A DNA stretch of 63,534 bases, counting the filler, from Trichosphaerium sp. ATCC 40318 (Eukaryota; Protista; Tubulinea), in NCBI GenBank assembly GCA_038496445.1. It is 4 parts of 4 records of this genome, joined end to end, with 100 filler letters (N's around TTAATTAATTAA, not from the genome) between each part and the next. Parts side by side here need not be neighbours in the genome. Positions count along the whole stretch, not along the records: positions 41,619 to 61,834 come from JALMLS010000010.1; positions 61,935 to 63,534 come from JALMLS010000082.1; 2 more parts are not named here. The stretch is one strand, 5' to 3'. Below the pieces are notes generated by a model. The model did no database searches. It saw nothing but the letters and a program-made list of their open reading frames with translations, and was not told where the DNA came from. Positions 53,516-63,534 of this stretch are shown here, one piece after another. Each line of letters begins with the position of its first letter. Within the stretch, counting starts at the first letter, position 1. The translations under genes were made by a program, and so were the position numbers.

Positions 53516-56500
53516 TTATACCCACAATCGTATTGTTGAATCAGCGCCAGCACTAAATAGCCATGGTTGTCCAGGGTAAAAAGCGATGTCTAAAATTCCT
53601 ACGAGAAAAAACCACGTTAGCCATGTCACCGTACCCGTAAGTAAATACGTACCATATCCGTCTACGCGTTGGTGACCGCGTAATATTTTCAATGGAACAA
53701 TCAAAGCATTCTTCGTTAAATCATCGTACACCATTCCATGGTATACGTGAATCTGTCCATCGTCTGCACAGGAAGCGAAAAGAGGATACATTGGGTGAAA
53801 TACAACTTTACGCAATGAGTCTTTATGATATCTAGAAACAAAAGCAATCAGCCATTCCATCCACAAAAACGGAGAAAAAAAGAAAGTGAAATGTGTCGCA
53901 TCGAGTTGTGAGCAAATTTGAAAAAAAAAACGTACTTTATTCTCTTCCAAGGAGCTTCGGACGATAGATCGTGATCATACCAGTGTAAACGCTTCTCGTA
54001 GGTACCAATGATACAATTATCTCCTGTTTTGTTTAGTTAGCGAACCACGAGTTATATAAGAAATCTTCAAACCACTAGCACGTACCCTTTGGATGAACAT
54101 CAATTGACGAAATGAATTCAAAATTACCAGTAATTTTGTATTTCAGATTACGTGTTTTTAAGTCATAAACACGACAATATTGCTTAGAGCATAGATACAA
54201 CCAAGGCTTGAATGGATGAAATTTTACAGCAGTAATGTAACCTACAAAAAGAAGAAAATGTCAATAGATTGCCTTAACAACAGGCCACACTGTGTATCGC
54301 CTGGAAGTCCCCGAAATAACAAACGTACCCTTATTTTTTTTAAATGGTGCTTGTGTTTGTCTCTTTGTTATACGATGAAACAATACGGCTGTAGCAGTAG
54401 CTAATCGGACGCGTAAGATAGCGAATACGTAAGCTAAAGATTAACATACCTTGAGGAGCTACAGTTGCCATGTAGTCACCGCGGGAGTGCCAAGTCATAT
54501 GTTTTACGCTTGCTTTCTATACATTGCATTAGTTAGAGCCTAAAACGCCAATAGAGTATCGCTGTACGTACAACGTAGGCAAAGGTGATCTTAGAAGCGA
54601 TTTTATGTTCCCTCTCCTCTTCTGTAGGGTAATGCCATTGTACCTTTGATAGCATCTTATCTTGTATAATAGTTTCTCTATCTTCACCAAATAGAGCTTT
54701 TGTGTAGGCCGTTTGTTCTTCTGAACCAATATCTGGGACAACAAAGTACACACATTTATCACTACCAACGTATCGTCAAAAACCAAGCGAGGCAGTAGAG
54801 TAAAAAATTGTTCAGAAAAAAAATAAGCAAGAAAAGAAACAAAAGACGTCAACAAAAACAATCACTTACGTAACAACACAGAAACAACAGTAGTCAGGAT
54901 TTGGATTCCAAGATACTTGATGTATAATAGAGTCAAATTGCCATTTGTTTTGACAACGACCTGTTTGTACTTCCCAAAGACGAACAGTTTTATCGTCAGA
55001 ACCTATAAAACAAATATGTCAAAAAAAAAAAAAAAAATGATTTGTTTTTGTTTTAGAAACTAACCTGAGAGCATCCATTGTCCACTTGGATAAACGCTAA
55101 TAGATCGAACACCACCTTCATGACCAATATAACGTATACGTTCTTTTTCTGGGAAAGGTCTGAGTTCTTCTGGTTTTGGCATAGGAGGAATATCATCCCT
55201 GTTTTTTCGTTTTGTTTTCTAAACAAAACACGTGTTAATTACGGTCTAGAAACTTCTTGGTTTTTTCAAAGAATGGCTTCACAATGAAGAATGTGAGAAA
55301 TAATTACCTTTGGTTTAGGTAGACGTCTACACATGTATAGATCAAGGCATCTATCCATACGCTCTTTGAAAAAGTGCTGGTATGCCGGAACATCAAGGAG
55401 TTTGCCGTATGATTTAGGCTTCCAGTATTGTTTACGTAGTTCTTTTGGTGTTTTATCATAATTATTCTCTTCTCTTTCATCCCATAGATATTCTTTAGGT
55501 GGATTGTATGACTCTTCATTCTCTAATAAAGGAATTTAGAAAAAAAACCAAAAAAATTCTGAAGTTCAAAGAACACAAGGTTGGTCAACGTCGAACCCAC
55601 TCCAAGTAAATCCCTTTTGTACTGAAACAGAATGCAAAGGGTATTTACGCTTTCGTAGGGAAAAAGAACAGCGACAAATGAAGATTTGGTGAAACAAAAG
55701 AAAACAAAACGATTAAAATTAAACGCACGTGGTGGACGCTCTTTTGGCGCCAGTAATCTGTTAAGAGGATCTTTAGTATCCTCCTCATCTCCCCACATAT
55801 CATAAAACTGTTGAGAAATAAGAGGATCTTCAAGCATGCCATCATCTGTCTTTGGTTTCAACTTTTCAGGATCAAATTTAATAAACCCTTTGCGCATCTT
55901 GACCATCAGTTCTTGTATCTAAACAAAAGTCTTAATATCTCATCGGTTTACTGAATAAGTAGTACCTTCTGTTTCTCCCATTTCGAAGGCAAGAAGCTTG
56001 ATTTTGTAGGTGGTCGGTTAGTTACAGCATGTGTATCATCTTTATGTTCTGTAAACTCAACAAACCACTAATAATACAGTCAAAAACAGAACTAAACAAA
56101 AAAAAAAAGTTCTACGCACATTCTCTGACGCATATCGTGCAGGTTCCTCTCCCTTACGTATTTGTTGTATAATTTTAAGATCTCTTGCGGATAGGACAAT
56201 CTTCTTACCAGTTTTCTCATCGAAAACAACACGCCTGAAACAAGCTGTTAGACATCTATTTTCAGAAAAAAAAAAGAAAGAAATAGAAAATGCGAGGATA
56301 TGTCATGTACCAAGATGTCGGTGTTTCGTGTCTTGTAACCCATTTATCAATTTCATCATACTGTTTAGGTTTTTTGACTGGATTACCATCAAGATCATAA
56401 CCAAGATGCTCGTAATCATCATACCACTCAAGTGGTACATTACCGATTGTAGTGAGAGTACGCTAAAGGCATTAAAATAAAACAAACGCAAAAAACAAAG

Positions 56501-57047
56501 AAAAACTCTTTCTGGCTAATTGACTTGTCAAAGTATATTCATTTCGTGTACCTCATTTTCAGAGTCCTCAGAATCGTATAGTAGATCTTCTAGCTCTGAA
56601 ATATCCTTAAAGCCCATAGCTTCAATGTCAATTTTGTTTAATTTGCCTAATTTGCGCTTCCTAATGTTTTCTAGATCATCTTCAATACCAGTGGTGGCGT
56701 TTGCTTCCTTTTGAATGGAGCTGTCAGCAGCATCGACTGAAATGTGTATTAGGCTCGTTTAGCATATATTGGAGCATACCATCGAATAAATCTACGCCTC
56801 CCATCATACTTGGGCCTTTTGTTGATTCGCTTGCGGCACTGGAGGAAGTTTCTGCCGCCACAGGGCGCTTGCGCTTTGATGGGCGCTTTCCTGTAACGCA
56901 AGCTGAGCCACAGCGAATTTGCCAAAAAACAAAAAGGTAATAAAAATTTCTCAACATTTGCACAGCGTTTCGCGAATTATACAAGCATATACAACTGTTT
57001 GCTTTGACATTGCGCGTTTTTTTCTGCGTACCTCTTCTGTGAGACAT
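53516..57047 (-). CDS. BOP1: Ribosome biogenesis WD40 protein BOP1/Erb1
   Basis: IGNVPLEWYDDYEHLGYDLDG, FLPSKWE, ESYNPPKEYL, RCLDLYMC, YHGMVYDDL.KNALIVPLKILRGH, QPWLFSAGADSTIRLW. Confidence 0.93.
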
Positions 57048-57201
57048 TTGGGCTGTATTCACTTCGTCTCTGGTTACTTAACGAGTGTTGGTGTACTTTA
57101 CAAGTTTTTTTCACAACTTCTACGCTTTGACTTGGTCAAAACGAGTCTCATCTGGCAGTAGGTCTTAAAACGCTTCATACACCGCACCTGTCCTCTCTAC
57201 T

Positions 57202-59966
57202 ATGCTTTCAAGGTCAATTTGGCACGGACAGGCAAAAATCGTGCAAAAAACAAAGGGTAAAAATGCCATTGTAGCTTCGAAACAAGTGAGTGTAGGTAAC
57301 GAAAACACTTAATTAACAAAAGATAGACTATTCGAGTGCAAACACCCACCAGAGCGTTAACCCAGCTCCAAGAAGCCAGAATTAGCAGAAATAAAAGAGA
57401 TTTTGTACGCTGGGCGGCAAACAAACAATAAAAGTTAACCAGTTCGTATAGAAGCAGATAGACTTTGAAGGAGAGCAACATGTTGTTGTCTTTCCTCAAA
57501 ATTCATTCGGAAGATATCCAGCAGTTAATTTCACAATGGCACGATACCAAGTCGCACCTTCCGCCTGTACGTAATCTAGAGTACCGAAACACACAAAAAT
57601 AGAGTGAAACAAACCTATACAACTCATTTTACTTACTTTGTCGCAAAATAGATGGTACAACGTACAGAAATCCACATTTTCGCCATTTATTGATGCTTGC
57701 AGAGGGTGTAGCTGGTAAGAAAATGGAGAACTCACGTGTAGGCTTTGTTTGGTAACGCTCAAATCTAGATAAATATAAAGCTATTCACACTGACGCTGCT
57801 GATTCACCTATTGATCATAAAGTGTAAGTTTTTAGCGTTTGATCTTCTGAAAAAAAAGAGACTGATGAAAAATCAAGGTATTTTGTTGACACAGATCAAT
57901 ACTCTGTACCTGATGGCGTTGAATCTATTGATAAGAAACAATTTCGCTTCTTGGCTAAGGCTGTACGTATTTGTGGAACCCTTAAAGCAAATTCTAACGA
58001 AAATATGTCAATAATTTGTTTATTTAACTCCATCTCGTTTGTCGGTCTAATTGTTGTCTGTAGCAAACAGACTGGATGTCGGATCAAGATATCCCTCATA
58101 AATTCATGCATGATGCAGCTGTAGGTTCAAATCGCGCTGCTGAAATGAGGACTCGTACACTAATGGAAAGCGGAAATCACGCTTTGTACTTGAGGTATAA
58201 AGTTATTTTGTTTGATAAGCGCTAAATCAACCGTAGGCATTTATTATGTTCATCAAGATTATCAGGGTACGTATTAGAGATTCATTGTGGTTGCTGTAGC
58301 GACTTTTGATTTTTCAACGCCATCGATTTGAAAGTAGTGTAATTACTTGTATCTACTCGAAAAAATTCGTCCACGCGTCTACATTGGTATTTACGCGTAC
58401 AAAGCGAGTAGCGTATAGATTCTCCAAAAAACTTTCTCGACAACATTGTTTGTGACTAACGTTTGGTTAGTTATGGTGGTGTTCAACTTTGGTCATCTGA
58501 TTGGATCGTTTACATATCTCATAACTACAAATCAGAAAACCCATTGGTTGAGCGTGACCAAACACCAGGTACATGCCCTTTACTTTGAATTTGTTCCAAC
58601 TTGCCTGTATCTTAAATTTCTTTTTTAGAGTCCATTGGTATTAAGAATGGTCCTTTCCATGTTATCAACCCTGATAAGCGTGCGTATAAACAATTTTTGT
58701 AGTCTCTATTTAGCAGGGTCTAATATCACTTAGGAATCGTTCTTCTTGGCGCTTCTCAATCTACAGCTTCAATTAAACACTGTTTGGATACTCTACAAAC
58801 TTTCCACTATTTGTACTTTGAAAAGGATGCTCTTCCTCTACACGCACATACTTTTGTGAAAAACGGTGTATCATCACTTGTTATTGATCCATCTCAAGTG
58901 ATGCTTCAACAAGTACGAGGATTTTTTGTTACGCGTTTGTGGTTGTAACTCATCAATAGGCACCAAGAGGTGATATGTACGGCGCAAGCGGTGCAATTTG
59001 GAAACACGAAGGCGTTTACCGTTCATACGCCAGTGTTACACATTCAGATGCTGAGGCTCCACGCAAACGAGGGTATGATTACCGTTTTTAGTGGCATTAC
59101 GCTTCTAACGTTTGATATAGAGATTTTGTAGAGAACAATCCTCAAGGCACTTTTATCACAACTCCTCTACCAGATGGTACTGCTCTTTTGCGTTGAAAAA
59201 TTGTACTTACTTGTTGTTTCAGGCGAAGCAAGTTTTGTAGAGCACCCTAAATCAGTTGTTATAATGTTGCGTGATACTACTGGCGCATTTCCTCTTGTAT
59301 CTAGGATCGACCAAGCTCAAGCCGAAAAGATGTTTAAGGTTTGGCTTTCGCGTAGACCGTTAACTTAACAAACTTGCTAGGTTGGATTCACTGGAAACAA
59401 AGACCCTGCTTCCAATACCCCTTACTACTATCCTTCTTCCACTGCTTATGGTGATGTTGCTGAAAGTCGTTTCAAGAGCTTACTTACAAGCTACAAACCA
59501 CAAGTCTACGTTGTAAACGTTGTTAAGTACGTTATCAAATAGCTCTTTTCTCTTTCCCGAAAAAAAGCTCGTCCGTGTCGCTCTAACGTTATGAAGGGAC
59601 AAAAAGGGAACAGAAATATCTACAGCAGACCGTAATGCGTTACTTGATGCTATACTCGATGGTTCAGCGGTACAATTCAACGAAATTTTTTATTTCGTTT
59701 TCCTCGGTTGGTACTTTTATTCTGACTTATTTTTCCCTCTTAGGCTAAAGCAACAGCTACAAAGAATGCGTCATTAAAGGCTGAAGTAATTTCAAAGCTT
59801 GGTAGTTTAGATGTGAAGTTATTTAAGTAAGCATAAACTTAAACCACCCAAGTTTTTTTTATCTTGTTTTTTTCCTCATTGCAAAAAGTCCCTAACTAAA
59901 CTTTCTTCTAGGGGATTTGGTACACCAGCTAATACCAAGTCTGTTTTATCCAAACATGGTTTGTAA
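57202..59966 (+). CDS. Mitochondrion-targeted PEPCK(ATP)-fold protein lacking catalytic motifs
   Basis: Basic presequence; LPLHAH, HPKSVVIMLRDTTGAFPLVSRI, FKVGFTG, VYVVNV, LLDAILDGS are colinear with PEPCK-ATP; no GLSGTGKT or GDDEH. Confidence 0.6.
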
Positions 59967-60600
59967 GTCCACACAATAATCGCACGTGAAACAAAACGTG
60001 AACAACAACAAAAAAACAACAAAAGAAAAAAGCCAAAATATTGAAAAATTCTTAACTACTTGACATTTATTTCTCTCTTGCTCCCCCGCTTTATGGTATT
60101 GTACAAAAGAGTAAAATAAAATACTTACCCTAGCCCCATTTTTACTCAACACCTTATTTTCTTGCGCACATCGATAGTACCCGTGAGGCTGTTTGTATAA
60201 ATATTTTTTGTTCTATCATTTACTTTTATTTCGTGTTACAGAGTTGCTTGAACAGAATTCAGTCAAGTCTCATCATTCTGGCAGCATTAAGAACCTTCTT
60301 TTACCATTTTGGAAATCTGCTGTCAACGCCTTTATTGAAGGTACTAGGGAAACAGGTCCAAACCACTCAAACAACATTTTGCGAGGGTAGAAAAGTGGTA
60401 AAACCAAAAACATTTTCCGACATATTTCACGTATTTAAAATTTCGCCTTCATTTGGACATGCACCGTGATATTATAGCAGAAAATATAGAGCTCCTTGTA
60501 TTTACTAGTAAATAAGCGAAAACCATTAAAATAAACTACAAATTATCGTCAACACCTTCCTTTTCTGGAAAGTTTTATCACCTTTGTAGTAAACGCATTA

Positions 60601-61834
60601 ATGAAAGCTACAGTGTTCTTTTTGATAGCTCTCTCTACTTTTCTCTCTGTTACGCTCTCACAAGAAGATAATGCGTATGTAATTGCAAGCAGTACCATAG
60701 GGTTTGAAATACGATCAATAGACGACGCATCAATCATACTGCAAAGTACGGACCACTTGAGTGTATAAAAACACCAAAATGCGTAATTCTGTCTGTATCA
60801 ATGCGGACTAAACACCTTTAGCATGCGACAGCCCAGAACTCATTGATACAGCCGTTTCAATGTCTTATTTACCAGCAACGAATACGCTTTTTGTAAAAAC
60901 AAATGGATTCCTGTTACAAGTTGATCCACGCACATGTGAAGTAAAGGTACAAACCCTGAGTCAATTGATAGCCTTATATTGTGTTTATACGTTTATTACC
61001 TCTTTAGCATTCTTGTATTTCGGCGGGCTTTGGTCACATTGTCGTTGATAAGGAGACACAAATATTATATGGAGTGAGGGGAGTGTCGCCAACAATAAAA
61101 GCAGTTGCTCAGATTGATCCTACGGATTGCTCTTTCGAATACTATTGTGAATTAGATTACACGCTTACTACTAGTGGATGTGCGTTATTTTTTTTTTTTT
61201 TTTCTCGAGAAAAAAGGGAAGGAAAAACTTTTCGGAGAAGAGTATGACGAACTAAAAATTTGGATTATCGTTTTTTTTTTTACAATCTATTCCACTTTGA
61301 TTTTGTTGTTTGACTAATCCAGTTGTACTTTAACAGTGGAGATAATAGGAGATACATTATACGTTGCTAACGTTGGGTCAATTGACATAGCGCCTTTAAC
61401 AGGTCCTATGGCTTGTGTTACTAATCAAACAATTATAGACGAAGATATAGACCCAAGAGGTACATAGTTTTTATATTCAAGATAGTGTTGTTTACATAGT
61501 TGTCTAGATATTACTGCAGTATCAAATAACACAATCATTGGTATGGAGTTTAATACATATATCTCTTTGGATATTGGAACATCAACAATAACTGATTTAA
61601 TAACAACGCTTCCTGTGCGACGTCCGGGAGGCTTTTCTTCCCTGGTTTTTGAAGGAACTTTGCCACCTCCAAATAATACATTACCTCCTGTTGCTCCGAT
61701 AATACCAACACTCCCACCTACAATAGCTCCACAAGGAGGTGTGATTGATACTCTAATTGTGCAAAGCGGTAATATATTTCAATATCGGTTAATTTCAAAC
61801 ATATCCGTTGTTGTAGGATGTACGAATGTCATTT
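60601..61834 (+). CDS. 5' part of a surface protein of the 3982 family; truncated by contig end
   Basis: Signal MKATVFFLIALSTFLSVTLS; MSYLPATNTLFV...VDPRTCEV; PTIAPQGGVIDT...YRLISN matches PTIAPDGGVIDV...YRMISN. Confidence 0.75.
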
Positions 61835-61934
61835 NNNNNNNNNNNNNNNNNNNNNNNNNNNNNNNNNNNNNNNNNNNNTTAATTAATTAANNNNNNNNNN
61901 NNNNNNNNNNNNNNNNNNNNNNNNNNNNNNNNNN
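61835..61934. other. Artificial contig spacer
   Basis: N44-TTAATTAATTAA-N44. Confidence 0.97.
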
Positions 61935-62081
61935 TTCTGCTTTTATACCTGTTTTTTTTGTATAAAAAAATATATTTGATCAATATACCACTTTTTTTGG
62001 TATATACCATAAAAAACTGGTTTTAAAAAGTGGTATAAAAGTGGTATATACCAAAAAAACTGGTATATTTTTTTAGACCTG
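61935..62081. mobile_element. Probable terminus of a TIR element, with subterminal TATACC/GGTATA repeats ending ...AGACCTG
   Basis: Dense palindromic GGTATATACC motifs; MORN coding sequence resumes abruptly after CCTG. Confidence 0.45.
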
Positions 62082-62245
62082 TTCACACATTATTTTTATA
62101 ATGGCAATGTGGAGTCAGAGTGTCAATATGTTAATGGCACACGCATCATGGAAAATTTAAAGAATATTATTATGATGGTAGTATACACAAAGAGGGTACT
62201 TACATTAATGGTAAGCGCAAAGGGATACAGACACAGAATTGACAA
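62082..62245 (+). pseudogene. MORN-variant repeat gene 3' remnant
   Basis: FTHYFYNGNVESECQYVNG, frameshift, HGKFKEYYYDGSIHKEGTYINGKRKG. Confidence 0.6.
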
Positions 62246-62889
62246 TTTCTTAGGCAAAAAAAACACATCATTTTTTTTCTTCAAACACATGTATAAATAA
62301 ATAAAGCAAACATTTCAATAGCTTTCCATTTATGTTTTACTCTTTGTCAATCAATGCTCATGTGTAACACAATAACTACTCACATTGGTATTTTTTAGCA
62401 CCTTTTCACTTAGAACATGTCAAAAACTACACTAAAAACAATGTACCATTAAATGACATCTATTATATGTTTCTATTTTCTTTTTCTAAATATTGTAAGC
62501 ATATACACTATAAAACATCCAACACACACTTGTGAGGCTGTTTTGGTATCTAAAACTGGACAATACACAGTTTTAAGCATTTTAAGTCTTGAGGTTTTTA
62601 TTTCTTACTAATCACTATAAGAGCATATTAAACACATAAAAGTGCTTTACACATCATGTACGTATTGTTTACAATAGGTTTCCTTCTTTTTAACACTAAA
62701 TAGGAAAGTTAAATCCATATTGTGCCAAAATAGTATGTTTTAGATAGTTTACACACCTGCTCTTTCTTTGTGCCCGTTTTGTCTTTTTTCTTTAATAAAT
62801 CTGCCAAACTAACACATTTGCTACTTTCTTGTTGATATTTACAGCCATCATTTATTTATTTGATTTGTGCACTTTTAAAACAGCCACAA

Positions 62890-63534
62890 ATATAAACCAT
62901 GTCCAGTTTGATTACGTTATATGTGAGATATGTAAGGTTGGCCATGATGCATACAAACACCTACCTGTCACTTGCAAATTGTTTGCAAGCCTTCACTTTG
63001 ATGCTAAACTTCAGCTTTATGGTGTTTGGACATTGTCAGTGTACAGTACTCCACTTTTCACACCAGAATTTCCAAGATAGGTTGCTATTCGCACATACCA
63101 GAATGGTGTAGCACAAGAACCATGTGTTACAGTGTTCAAAGGATGGGTACAAAAAGGTGTCATGATAAATGGTCTTTTGCAAAGTGACACATTTGAGTAT
63201 TATCATGATGGCAACATATAAGATGGTAAACAATCTAGCAAAAGGGTCAATAATTATACTCCACCGCAATAGAATGACACTGCTTCTGCAAGCTACATGT
63301 ATATGAAAGAGAGGTCAAAGAATATTATTCGACTGGTCAGCTTAAAACTAAGTACAAAGCCATTCATGGACTTAAAAATGAAAAAATACACCTACAAATC
63401 ACTAACATGTTGCATTTTAATTGTATTATAGGTTCAAGACTATCACCATAATGGAAAAAAAAAACAAATTCAAGAATTTCATTATGGACATCTTAAACTC
63501 ACTAAGTCCTTTGATAAAGACAGCATAATGTGTA
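62890..63534 (+). pseudogene. F-box-like + MORN-variant pseudogene
   Basis: DYVICEICKVGHDAYKHLPVTCKLF...FEYYHDGNI*...VKEYYSTGQLK...DYHHNGKKK with internal stops. Confidence 0.55.

Overview
Eukaryotic, AT-rich, gene-dense microbial genome with many short GT-AG introns and the standard genetic code. The gene content (Rac GTPase, Frizzled/Smoothened-like receptor, insert-less SAHH) is compatible with an amoeboid protist, but this is inference. The window is four contigs joined by artificial N44-TTAATTAATTAA-N44 spacers (1-20132, 20233-41518, 41619-61834, 61935-63534). Recognisable core genes are SAHH, HSCB, LYRM1, Rac, BOP1/Erb1, a C2-domain protein, an F-box/SPRY protein and a Fz/Smo-like GPCR. 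Accessory content includes a family of Pro/Thr-rich GPI-type surface proteins, expanded and partly decayed F-box+MORN-variant and F-box+LRR genes, a decayed secreted JAB/MPN-like family and a bacterial-type aspartate aminotransferase with introns. The most striking object is an apparently complete 5.77-kb DNA transposon (41944-47712, 31-bp TIRs, GTGC target-site duplication). It encodes an intron-split Sola-like DDD transposase with a C-terminal Tudor-like domain plus a divergent second gene, and it is CpG-depleted relative to host DNA. Gene models were spliced by eye, so boundaries are approximate and family calls come from motif recall, not database searches.
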